DNA of 63,174 nt, filler included, from Octopus bimaculoides (lineage: Eukaryota): NCBI RefSeq assembly GCF_001194135.2. It is 6 parts of 6 records of this genome, joined end to end, with 100 filler letters (N's around TTAATTAATTAA, not from the genome) between each part and the next. Parts side by side here need not be neighbours in the genome. Positions count along the whole stretch, not along the records: positions 11,897 to 30,286 come from NC_068988.1; positions 30,387 to 44,051 come from NC_068996.1; 4 more parts are not named here. One strand, written 5' to 3'. The position numbers and the translations under genes are program-made. Below the pieces are notes generated by a model. The model was given only the letters and a program-made list of their open reading frames with translations, made no database searches and was not told the DNA's origin. Below are positions 25,171 through 36,271 of the stretch, one piece after another. The number at the start of each line of letters is the position of its first letter. The stretch's first letter is position 1.

Positions 25171-26161
25171 GTGTGTGTGTGTGTGTGTNNNNNNNNNNNN
25201 NNNNNNNNNNNNNNNNNNNNNNNNNNNNNNNNNNNNNNNNNNNNNNNNNNNNNNNNNNNNNNNNNNNNNNNNNNNNNNNNNNNNNNNNNNNNNNNNNNNN
25301 NNNNNNNNNNNNNNNNNNNNNNNNNNNNNNNNNNNNNNNNNNNNNNNNNNNNNNNNNNNNNNNNNNNNNNNNNNNNNNNNNNNNNNNNNNNNNNNNNNNN
25401 NNNNNNNNNNNNNNNNNNNNNNNNNNNNNNNNNNNNNNNNNNNNNNNNNNNNNNNNNNNNNNNNNNNNNNNNNNNNNNNNNNNNNNNNNNNNNNNNNNNN
25501 NNNNNNNNNNNNNNNNNNNNNNNNNNNNNNNNNNNNNNNNNNNNNNNNNNNNNNNNNNNNNNNNNNNNNNNNNNNNNNNNNNNNNNNNNNNNNNNNNNNN
25601 NNNNNNNNNNNNNNNNNNNNNNNNNNNNNNNNNNNNNNNNNNNNNNNNNNNNNNNNNNNNNNNNNNNNNNNNNNNNNNNNNNNNNNNNNNNNNNNNNNNN
25701 NNNNNNNNNNNNNNNNNNNNNNNNNNNNNNNNNNNNNNNNNNNNNNNNNNNNNNNNNNNNNNNNNNNNNNNNNNNNNNNNNNNNNNNNNNNNNNNNNNNN
25801 NNNNNNNNNNNNNNNNNNNNNNNNNNNNNNNNNNNNNNNNNNNNNNNNNNNNNNNNNNNNNNNNNNNNNNNNNNNNNNNNNNNNNNNNNNNNNNNNNNNN
25901 NNNNNNNNNNNNNNNNNNNNNNNNNNNNNNNNNNNNNNNNNNNNNNNNNNNNNNNNNNNNNNNNNNNNNNNNNNNNNNNNNNNNNNNNNNNNNNNNNNNN
26001 NNNNNNNNNNNNNNNNNNNNNNNNNNNNNNNNNNNNNNNNNNNNNNNNNNNNNNNNNNNNNNNNNNNTATATATATATATATATATATATATACGGTACA
26101 TATATCTGGCTGAGTAAAAAGTAAGTAACGTTTTCAAACATGAAATTCACCACAATAGATT

Positions 26162-26800
26162 TCAATATGTTTCTGCAGCAATGGTTTTTCCGGATATTAA
26201 GAAGTTATAGTACAGGAGTCCAGCAGTACACCACCAAACAGTCACCATAACCTTCTTTTTGAAGAGCTCGGGATTAGGGAAGGTTTTCGGTGCTTCATTT
26301 TTGTCCAACCACTGCGAAGAACATTTTTTTTTATTATCGTACAGAATCCACTTTTCATCGCAAGTTACAATACGGTCGAGAAATGGATCGGTCTGGTTTG
26401 GGAGCAGAAGCAACGAGAAATTTTCATATCTGTGCATTTTCTGATTTTCATTCAAATCGTGTGGTTCCCACTTGTCTAGCTTTTTTGATTTTCCGATTTC
26501 ATGCAAATGATTGCAGGCAGTTTTCTGGCTAACTTCTTTTGCCAGTTCCCGAGTGATTTCTCAATGACAGTCTTTAATTGACCGACATCGATGACAGATG
26601 GGTGTCCACTACGGTCACGATCTTCTATGCTTAGGTCTCCAGTGTGAAATCGTTTAAAGCATTTTCGAGCTGACCACTCACTGGTCATTTCCTCTGTTGA
26701 GGTACACAATCTCTCTCCATATTTTTTTAAAGCGTTTTCAATCTGTGCAACCTCAATTTTCCTCATTACCTCAATTTTTCTATTTCTTTTTTACCGAAAA
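26162..26800 (-). pseudogene. Mariner transposase, N-terminal two thirds, frameshifted
   Basis: RFHTGDLSIEDRDRSGHP, KKLDKWEPHDL, FLDRIVTCDEKWILYDN, KKVMVTVWW. Confidence 0.95.
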
Positions 26801-26964
26801 TGTTCTATAAACAATTATTTTTCCTTCTCAACTTGTATCGCTTCTTGGAGAGGAGACACCTTCACATTGTGTCCGCCCTGTCGCTTCTTAATAACACTTT
26901 TCAATAGATGTTACTAACCTTGGAAACAATGCACAAACATACACGAACAAGTCGAGATGACTGG

Positions 26965-28510
26965 AACATTTTTCTTTATTGGCCACTAGAGGCCTTACAT
27001 AGAAAAGACAGCGCAAGAATAGACAAAACATTACAAAGTGGGGATATAAAACATAAAACTAATTGATGGGTATGAATTATATAATAAATGAGGGTGAAAA
27101 TGGCCACCCGAGCCCCACTCTCGAGTGGTTACATTTAACTGTTTTTTAGAAAAACAATTTTTATCAGCCTTTTATCATATGAAATTTACTTACATTATTT
27201 ACCAGTTCACATATGGCATCAAATCTCCGTAGTCCACGATTGACTGTAAAGCATCATAATCCACCTCCAACCCTAATAGGTTAATGTTTGAAACGAACAA
27301 TTCCCTTAATTTAGCATTTCTTTCTTTATCTATTAATATACATTTAGTGCTTTCAGTATACTCCTCAGCCAGAAATTTCACTCTAATTTGAATTTGGTGA
27401 TTTTACGTTCAGTTTCCGTACTTTTGGAGTACATCACAATGTATGCTTTCTTTTTGCGGCGGTTATTGAGGGACTGTGTGTTATGCCTATCTGTGTTTCT
27501 ATCTGTTTGACTATGAGGCGAATAAACTATGCTGCGAGTAATGATCGAGGAGAGGAAGCCTAGTTGCTACAAATGTGACCGAAAAGGCCACATTAGAGCT
27601 GAGTGCCAACCTCTCCGCAGAAAGACCTCGGACTATCTCAGGTGGTCCCCCCCTCTTTTTTTTGGTGTTACTGGTGCTGATGTATGCTGTGTATCTTGTG
27701 TGTTGTGTATTTGCTGTACAATGTATTCTGTTTTATTATTTTTCCTCTTTTTCTTTGTGCTTTTTGGGGATGTATTTATTGTTTCCTTTCGTTTTCTTTT
27801 GGGAACTTCGATAAATCCCTCCTCCTCTGTGTCTTCTGTACCCTCCCTCTGGGCTGGGGCTGTCGTTTCGGTACTCCTACTTTGTTCATTCTAGTCTTCT
27901 ATGATAGCCCTACTTATCTAAGGGCACTTTATTTTGATGTGCCCCTTTTCTCCACAGTAGTAGCAGGTAGGCGGTCTTCCCTCTACCACCACTTTTAGCT
28001 TTATATCTTCTGGTAGCAACACCTCTTCCGCCATTTCCTTCAAGTCTTACTGGGTGGCTTGGATAACCATTTCCAGGCCGTAACCCCAATAATTCATTTT
28101 CTTCGTTCATGTCACATGTATAATCTTCGCATCTCCTTGGGTTGCTACCAGCCACGCATCTTCAATTTCAGGTGGAACCTTGCCCATCCTAATTCTAGCG
28201 ACTCTTTTACTGCAGTAGGTCGGTAAGAGCAGCCATTCTTGTGACCTTAGCGGCACAGTGGTGTGAATTATTGCCTCTTCATCGGTGGAAAACCTCACTT
28301 CCACTGCGCCATATCTTCTTCCTCCAGTGTAAGAAGTAACGACACTCTTTATATACTCCAAACATTTCTCGATGGCCTCCTCTGCTGCCATTTCAATCTT
28401 CTTGCTGGTTCAGGGTAGCGTTCTGTAAACCACTGTCCTCCTTTCCATTATGTTCGTAACTTCCTCTGGAGAGGGTCAACCTTAAACTTGACTCCTCCTG
28501 CTGGATCGTA
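26965..28510 (-). mobile_element. L1/Tx1-type element with ORF1 (CCHC zinc knuckle) and no ORF2; HAL1-like candidate
   Basis: ATG at 28448 (MERRTVVYRTLP*TSKKIEMAAEEAIEK...), knuckle LKVVVEGRPPTCYYCGEKGHIKIKCP at about 27995-27920, distal coding remnant 27381-27199, and a 3' UTR ending CCAATAAAGAAA as in the Tx1 copy at 33779. Confidence 0.6.
27482..27620 (+). mobile_element. Inverted fragment of a related ORF1 zinc knuckle
   Basis: MLRVMIEERKPSCYKCDRKGHIRAEC (Cx2Cx4Hx4C). Confidence 0.75.
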
Positions 28511-28863
28511 CGAGAATATCACGCAACATACATAGTTTGGTTGTTATCATTTTCATAAGGTCTGTGGGTACGAATTTTGTATACCAATATTGTTGGGTAA
28601 GAAAAGTGTCAAGATTAAATATAAAGTATACATAATTGAATTTTTAAATGACTCAAATAAGAAGTAATTATAAATGCGACATTTNNNNNNNNNNTATATT
28701 CCGAATTTGTGTAAATGTGTATAGAATTATATATCAGTTGAATAAAGTTAAAACATTGCCTGGTTTTCATGTTTTTTATTAGGGCATTTAAAAAAATAAT
28801 TTTCTTTACAATATCGAAGTGTGTTAAACATTAGACGAATATTTTGTAATGCTCATAAAGTTC

Positions 28864-28901
28864 AATTAGCGTTTTCATACGTTCGTAGTAATCATCAGAT
28901 T
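28864..28901 (-). ncRNA. Hammerhead-like motif downstream of PLE RT
   Basis: AAT / CTGATGA / T-TAC-tacgaac-GTA-T / GAAAACGCTA / ATT. Core conserved; stem III one change from the palindrome AGCGCT. Confidence 0.5.
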
Positions 28902-28949
28902 TCAAAATGTATTTAACAGACAGTTGAGTTCTTAACAATTGTAGTAAAA

Positions 28950-29594
28950 TGGCTGACTTCTTCCTTTTTATACCTCTTAGAAAGCTTTTATCCTGTTTGT
29001 TCATGTTGAATTTTGCCTTTGTTGATAGTCTCTTTAGGTTATGTGTTTGCCTTTTGCTTAAGATAAGTGTTTGATTAATTATGTCTTTTAATTTTTCACT
29101 TTGTTTCATGACTGGCAAATTTGTTTTCATGATGTTAAAAATGTTTTAGTGATGCAGATTGTGTCACTAGAAATGGTATTGTGTTCTGTTGACAGATTCA
29201 CCTTTCTTGTGTTGACCTAAGTAGTTCTATAAGTATGTTTTTCTCTGTGAATGCTATTTTCTATAAATAAGAGAGGGTAATTTTGCTTGGGCAGAAATCC
29301 TTTGAGTCCTATAAATCGTATGTTCCTGGTATTTGAATAATCTACTATAGCACAAATTTTCATGGCTAGACAGTACAGGGTGTTTCATTTTGTGTGTGTT
29401 GGGTGGCATGATTTGAAATTTAGGTACTGGTGTGTATCGATGTTTTTGTAATAAATATCAGTTGTAATTGTGCTGTTGTTTTTAATTACCATTATGTCAA
29501 GAAATGGTAATTGTGTGTTGCTCTTTTCTCTTGTGACATGAGAGTCCACGATATATAGAGAGAGGTTTAGATACGTATGTATACTGACAAACAA
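28950..29594 (-). mobile_element. Penelope-like RT C-terminal/thumb remnant
   Basis: LPFLDIMVIK...TDIYYKNIDTHQYLNFKSCHPTHTK and LPVMKQSEKLKDII...SKRQTHNLKRLSTKAKF are PLE RT motifs. Confidence 0.9.
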
Positions 29595-29667
29595 CCTGGT
29601 GAATGTGGTGGGGAGAACAAAATGTCCGTAATGTCATTAGGATAATCAATATATATATATGGCAATC

Positions 29668-29830
29668 TCTGTCTGTCTGTCTGTTACCATCTTAGTGCCT
29701 AAGCTAGCGAACCAATATTCGCAAAACTTTGCATACATGTTACACTAACATCCAGTTCAATAATAGACGAATTGGATTTCAATAAAAAATATCTATAATG
29801 TGCTCCCCAGGGGCGTTGGGCGAATTATAT
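29668..29830 (+). mobile_element. Possible Helentron/DINE-1-like non-autonomous fragment
   Basis: (CTGT)n followed by GCTAGCGAACCAATATTCGCAAAACTTTGCATAC, similar in layout to 56820-56990. Family assignment is by resemblance only. Confidence 0.3.
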
Positions 29831-30236
29831 GATAAAATGAGAAAGTTTCAAAAAGTATAAGTCTGGGGGAAAGGTGGTAACAGAGAGAGGGTGACTTACA
29901 TCAGTGAAGGTGAAAACAGCGGTGGAAATGGGAAGATAAAACGTTAGTACAGCTGTCATATACACGCGTCACTAAATACATACTTTCGTAAATACACGCG
30001 TCACTGCATACATACATTCGTAGATACACCCTCCACACACACACACACAGAAAGGCGGGTTGAGGTATACGTAGCTTTAAGGAAAGAGAGGGTGGGTGGC
30101 TTTTTTGCTGTCCATTGCAAAGAAGCACTCATACACACACACATACACGCACATGCTTACATATATATACATACATAGATACATACATACATATGTCTAC
30201 TCTACACCATTTAAACGTGTGATTACATGTGTGTAC

Positions 30237-30286
<50 letters not shown>

Positions 30287-30386
30287 NNNNNNNNNNNNNN
30301 NNNNNNNNNNNNNNNNNNNNNNNNNNNNNNTTAATTAATTAANNNNNNNNNNNNNNNNNNNNNNNNNNNNNNNNNNNNNNNNNNNN

Positions 30387-30620
30387 GCGGGAAGGAGGAG
30401 AGCGGGAAGGAGGAGAGCGGGAAGGAGGAGAGCGGGAAGGAGGAGAGCGGGAAGGAGGAGAGCGGGAAGGAGGAGAGGGAGTGGGAGGAAAGAGTGAGGG
30501 AGGAGAGAGAGAAGGAGGAGAGAGAGAAGGAGGAGAGAGAGAAGGAGAAGAGCGGGAGGGAGGAGAGAGGGGGAGGAGAGCAGAAAGGAGAAGAGGGGGC
30601 AAGAGGGGAGCGAGTGTGTG
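30387..30620. repeat. 15-bp GA-rich minisatellite GCGGGAAGGAGGAGA, decaying rightwards
   Basis: About six near-perfect units next to the gap, then degenerate units. Confidence 0.9.
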
Positions 30621-31148
30621 GAAGGAAGGAAGGAAGGTTTCTCAGCTCCTGCTCTGTAGGTAGCTTCGATTCGAGAATGACAAAGAGGTTTGTGTGCTTC
30701 TCGGTAGAAAAATTATTTCATGGGAATCTGTTTGAAGGCATTTTATTATTGGTTTTCTCAGTTATGTTTATATTTTCATCGAAATAAATCACCAAATAAT
30801 ATACACAAAACATATAGACATGCATACATAAAAATGAACATACATATATACAGATATACGTACGACTATATACATGCATGTATATATGTATATGTATATG
30901 TGTATACATACATACATACATGCAAGCATGCAAGCTTCTACATACACAGGCATGCATACACATACAGGCTCACATAGATACACAAGCATAAATATATACA
31001 CCTATATACAGACAGACAGTCATATATGATGATGATGGCAGAATTTTGTGTACAAAGATAATGAGGAAGATCGTCAAAAACGATCATCCTTGAACAACGA
31101 TGATCCATCGTCGCGATACACACACACATACACACACACGCACACACA

Positions 31149-31204
<56 letters not shown>

Positions 31205-31260
31205 CATATATTTATGTATATATGCATATATATATATATATATATATATACAAAAAAAAA

Positions 31261-31775
31261 TTCTATTTGCCAACACAATGTAGCAGTCCTACGCAGGATG
31301 ATGTTATTACTTTTTAGCCCAAGGAAAACATCTTTTCCAGCTGGTTACCGACACATGGTATGTGTGCGTAAACTGTGAGCAAGAAATATGTAGTAACAGT
31401 ACTGTACAGTAAAGTCTATTTGCCAACACAATATGGCAGTCCCACTTTGGACGATGTTATTAAAAGAAGACATCTTTTCCAGCTACCGACACATGCTATC
31501 TCTAAACGGCGATTGTCCTGTACCAAGGAAGGAAAATAACCAAAAAAGCCATTGGTCTACAGGTATCGTTAAGGTTAGAAAGGGATCGATAGACTCCATT
31601 GGTCACATTATACGGGCACAGATAATGTGTCGGTAGCCAGCTGGAAAAGATGTTTTCCTGGGGCTAAAATGTAGTAACTTCGTTCTGTATAGGACTGCCA
31701 CACTGTGTTGGCAAATAAACCTTATTGTACGTACTGTTACTGCATATTTCTCGCTAAGAGATTTAAAAGTAGTTG
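31261..31775. repeat. Three copies of one ~130-150 bp unit: two direct (31261-31365, 31376-31500) and one inverted (about 31620-31775)
   Basis: Shared TATTTGCCAACACA...GCAGTCC...GAAAACATCTTTTCCAGCT...CCGACACAT on both strands. Confidence 0.85.
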
Positions 31776-31833
31776 TTCCTCTCTTATATATACAAATATA
31801 TACATACATACATACATACATACATACATACAG

Positions 31834-32090
31834 ATTATCCAGATTATAATTTATACCTGTAATTATTGGAACCCTGAGATATGTAACGCACAGCCTAAAT
31901 ACCAAACTTGAGAAATTAGGCTTTTCAAAACCGGAAAGGAGAAAGCTAATTCGAAGACTACATATCCAATTCATCACTGGAACTGTAAAAACCTGCAAAA
32001 CTTTCCAGAAGTTTATCATTTAAATATATATGAGCATGTCTAGATGTGCAACTATATGCATGAGAAGATATAGATTAAACAAAACATACA
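31834..32090 (+). mobile_element. R4/Dong-type (RLE) non-LTR retrotransposon 3' end, copy 1
   Basis: FIPVIIGTLRYVTHSLNTKLEKLGFSKPERRKLIRRLHIQFITGTVKTCKTFQKFII* is an RLE C-terminus. Confidence 0.75.
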
Positions 32091-32141
32091 AATCTGCACA
32101 TATTCATTCATCATGCATATATACATACATGCATACAGTTA

Positions 32142-32410
32142 CTCTATCCAGCTTAAAAGTCCAGGTTTATACCTGTAATTATAGGGGAGCTAGGATATGT
32201 AACACGTTGTCTAAATGCCAATCTTGAGAAATTAGGCTTCTCAAAAACAGAAAGGAGAATGCTGATTCGAAGACTAGAGATTCACTCCATCACTAGAACT
32301 GTAAAATTCTGTAACATTTTTCAGAAGTTTATTATTGAAGTATAAGTGAATATGTCTAGATATGCAACTATATGCATGAGAATACATACATAAAACATAC
32401 AAACATACAT
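32142..32410 (+). mobile_element. Same RLE retrotransposon 3' end, copy 2
   Basis: Collinear with copy 1, diverged by roughly 20% (estimated by eye). Confidence 0.75.
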
Positions 32411-32626
32411 CATAATGATGCCATGACTTCACTATTTTGCTAATTAAATTAGGTTATACTGGTCGAACAGAAATAACTAATTTATAGTTGTTAACTTTTC
32501 CAGTGAAAAGGTTTACGCTATAAATTACCGTTTCAATATAATTATAGTATTTATGTATGTATGTATGTATGTATGTATGTATGTAGGTAGGTAGGTAGGT
32601 AGGTAGGTAGGTAGGTAGGTAGGTGT

Positions 32627-32678
<52 letters not shown>

Positions 32679-32806
32679 CAAAAAGGTAATTTTTTAATCC
32701 ATCTTAACGTGGACGTCTTTTTAGAACTCCGACTACTGCGATATTTGCCTTGATAGGTCCTCTCATATAAGCGCACGGGTTATAAAAGCACAGACATATA
32801 TCGTGA

Positions 32807-33073
32807 AGACGCGTGGCTAAGTGGTTAGGGTATTCAGCTTATGATCATAAGGTCATGAGTTCGATTTTCGGCAATGCGATATCTTGAGCAAGACACTTTA
32901 TTCACGTTGTTCCAGTCGACACAGCTAGAAAAAAATGCACTGTGTCTGTATTTCAAAAGGCCTACCTTTTCACACTCTGTTTCACGCTGAATCTCCTTGA
33001 GAATTATATTAAGGTAAAACTGTTCCGTTGATCGGATCAACTGGAAACCTCCGTCATCAGCGACGGAGTGCCA
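32807..33073 (+). mobile_element. tRNA-derived SINE with a distinct head and family C tail
   Basis: TGGCTAAGTGG A-box, GAGTTCGATT B-box, CTTGAGCAAGACACTT centre, and the family C tail CTGTTCCGTTGATCGGATCAACTGGAA...GACGGAGTGCCA. Confidence 0.8.
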
Positions 33074-33112
33074 GTATGTCGTAGCGGGAATCGCCTGGCA
33101 TAAGCGCTGGAA

Positions 33113-33157
33113 CTATAAGATCCCGTGATTTCGGCGACTGCGCTTCTTCAGTCTCAG
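33113..33157 (-). ncRNA. Type I hammerhead ribozyme with intact core
   Basis: Minus strand: CTGAGA / CTGAAGA / A-GCG-cagt-CGC-C / GAAA / TC-acgg-GA / TC (cleavage triplet AUC) / TTATAG. Stem I pairs 5 of 6 including G-U. Confidence 0.75.
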
Positions 33158-33627
33158 GCGTCACGTAACCGCATACCAGCCAAATCTGGCTGGCAACAAC
33201 ATATGGAACAACAGTGTTTTTTCAGTCACTGATATTACGAATAGCCAGCAGGTTATATATGTCTCCTCTTTCATGCACCGTGTGTCTATATGATAGGAGC
33301 TGTCGAGGCGACTGCCGTAGTATTCGTCATTCTAACAAGCCATCTACGTTAGGTTGGATATAAAGATTGCATTTATGTATTAATACAGCTTTCGTGGCTA
33401 ATATTTTTAATATATGTGCTTTTATAAATTATATATATATATATAAATATATATAATCAATATATATACACGTATGCATGAGTGTATGTATATACATATA
33501 TATATACTTATATATACATATATATATATGCATATATATACATATATATATATGCATATATATACATATATATACACACACATATATATAATCAACATAT
33601 ATCCACGTATGCATGAGTGTATGTATG

Positions 33628-33681
<54 letters not shown>

Positions 33682-33778
33682 AGCATTATATATACACGTA
33701 TGTATGTATGTATGTATGTATGTATGATAGATAGATAGATAGATGGATAGATAGATAGATGGATAGATAGATAGATGG

Positions 33779-34677
33779 TTATGTTTCTTTATTAGCTACA
33801 CAAGGCTGAACACACAGGGGACAAAATACAATGTAGAGCTTTTCTTTTGAAAAATGAAAAAAAGGAGAAAAATAAAATTTCGATCAATAGGGATCGTGAA
33901 AAAGAATGCGCCGATCGAAAGGGATCGTGTATCGCAGAAAATGCTGTAAATGTTACAAAAAAGAAAAAAACAGATTAGGTTTGTCCGTGTAAAGAAAAGC
34001 CTACGGAAAAGACCACGGTAACCTCGAGCAATAATGTCCTACAAAAACACATTACAGTAAGTGACGCTCTTTTTGTTTTCTTTCTTTTTCTGGTTCATAG
34101 GTTTATGCTCAAGGTGGCTCTATCATTCACAGGTTCCATCCTTGCTACATTCACCCATCTTTTATTGAAACAATCACTAGACAAAACTTCCCTCTCTACT
34201 CTCACCTTCCTCTGCAAGCGATACTTCAAGAAGTTGATAAGAGATTCACCAGAGAGGAAAGTGTTTGTCTCTAATCCTTTCAGACGCGTCCACCATACAC
34301 ATTCTTTCGCTATAGCCACAAGTACGATAAAAATGAAGGGAGGCGCGACAACACTGACGATAGTCTCGGCTGATAAACCGACTCGTCCCACACGCGATAG
34401 CAGTCGTTCGACATAGGCCCACAGGTCGGAAATGGTTGGACACTGCACGAGTGCGTGCAGAACGGTTTCGTTGCTCTGACCGCATCTCGGGCAGGTCGGC
34501 CCCGCATTTCGCGAGCCGTGTCTATAGAGCTTATCCCGAACGGGTAGCGCTTCTCGGTAGCACTGCCAGGCCAGGGATCTCTGGAAGTTGTCCCGGCCCG
34601 AAAGTCGTCTTGAACTAGCAGATCAGGTATCCTTCGTCGACGCTCCGAGATCGTCGTCGCACCTCCCCTCCACTAAT
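33779..34677 (-). mobile_element. Tx1/L1-clade LINE ORF2 C-terminus (zf-RVT) and 3' UTR
   Basis: NFQRSLAWQCYREALPVRDKLYRHGSRNAGPTCPRCGQSNETVLHALVQCPTISDLWAYVER...RWVNVARM; stop at 34095; AATAAA near 33790. Confidence 0.9.
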
Positions 34678-34777
34678 NNNNNNNNNNNNNNNNNNNNNNN
34701 NNNNNNNNNNNNNNNNNNNNNNNNNNNNNNNNNNNNNNNNNNNNNNNNNNNNNNNNNNNNNNNNNNNNNNNNNNNNN

Positions 34778-34820
<43 letters not shown>

Positions 34821-35124
34821 TTCAGTGAGATAAAATGGCACACAAGAAGTATATTGAAGGAAAATTAAACATTTTAATCATTCTTTTTTTTAATCCTTTT
34901 ATGATATTTTATTTCATGTATACATATACTATTATTTTTTCTATTTTTTTCAGTCGAGAAAATTTAATATCTGCTTGAGATTGCTTTTGCATCACAGAAG
35001 TAGCTAAACAAGATATTTTAGTGAGTTGTAATAGTTTTTTTTTTTTTCACTTATGTTTTTTCTTATTACTTTTTTCCATGCGTAAGTGACTGAAGGTTTG
35101 TGTTATGTTAGATGAATCAGTAAT

Positions 35125-35265
<141 letters not shown>

Positions 35266-35946
35266 TGAATGAATGAATGAGTAGGTGTGTGCTTGTCTTG
35301 TACAAGTAAGAAACAGCGGCGAGTAGGAGATAAATAACATGAAGACGTCAAAAGCAAATTAAAAAAAATATATCACCAAAAAGCATTAAAGACAGAATTT
35401 GTGTGTATGTATGTTAGTATGTGTATCTATTCGTGAGTGTGTGTGTATGTGTGTGTGTAAGTATGTGACAAAGGTAACGTCTGTTTAATTTTTGATAGCG
35501 TGTATTTGTCACCAGTACATATGTGTGTGTGTATAAATTTTCGGTGGGATGGTTGAATACAATAATAATGGTAGACAAAATTAAGATGTATATCTGTTTG
35601 ATTTAGGAGAGGGGATAGGGAAATAAGAAGGAAAATAACTGGAAACGAAGCCATGAGCCGATGTCTCTTATAAACTTCGCTATTAACAATATCAATCAAA
35701 CCTCGCTGAACAGATATGTATGTATAGTAAAGTAATATTACAAGTGTATGAAATTCTTTTAGTATGTATATTCAAATGTAAGCGACTATCCCGTCTGGGC
35801 TTTTATTTTTCATACATTGTATATTTAGGACTACATTATTATCTAAAAAGACCTTCCTTTTTTATTTTTTATTTTTTCTTCTTAAGAATGTGTACTGCGT
35901 GATATTTAAATAACTCAGCATAAAATACATAAATACATAAACAGAC

Positions 35947-36271
35947 AGGCGTAGGAGTGGCTGTGTGGTAAGTAGCTTGCTTACCAACCACATGGTCCCG
36001 GGTTCAGTCCCACTGCGTGGCACCTTGGGCAAGTGTCTTCTACTATAGCCTCGGGCCGACCAAAGCCTTGTGATTGGATTTGGTAGACGGAAACTGAAAG
36101 AAGCCTGTCGTGTATATGTATATATATATATATGTATGTGTGTATGTGTTTGTATGTCTGTGTTTGTCCCCCCAACATCGCTTGACAACCGATGCTGGTG
36201 TGTTTATGTCCCCGTAACTTAGCGGTTCGGCAAAAGGGACCGATAGAATAAGTACTAGGCTTCCAAAGAAT
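35947..36271 (+). mobile_element. SINE family A with complete tRNA-like head
   Basis: GGAGTGGCTGTGTGGT A-box, GGGTTCAGTCCC B-box, GCACCTTGGGCAAGTGTC CORE-like segment, internal TA/TG microsatellite. Confidence 0.92.

Noticed and set aside
21830-29594. RT at 29 kb and GIY-YIG at 22 kb as one split PLE
   Set aside because: Strand and order fit, but the RT piece already has its own downstream HHR-like end at 28864, so separate copies are more likely.
35947-36030. tRNA genes at SINE heads (also 17462, 32807, 38340)
   Set aside because: A and B boxes are present but they continue into SINE bodies, and no proper cloverleaf with an acceptor stem was seen.
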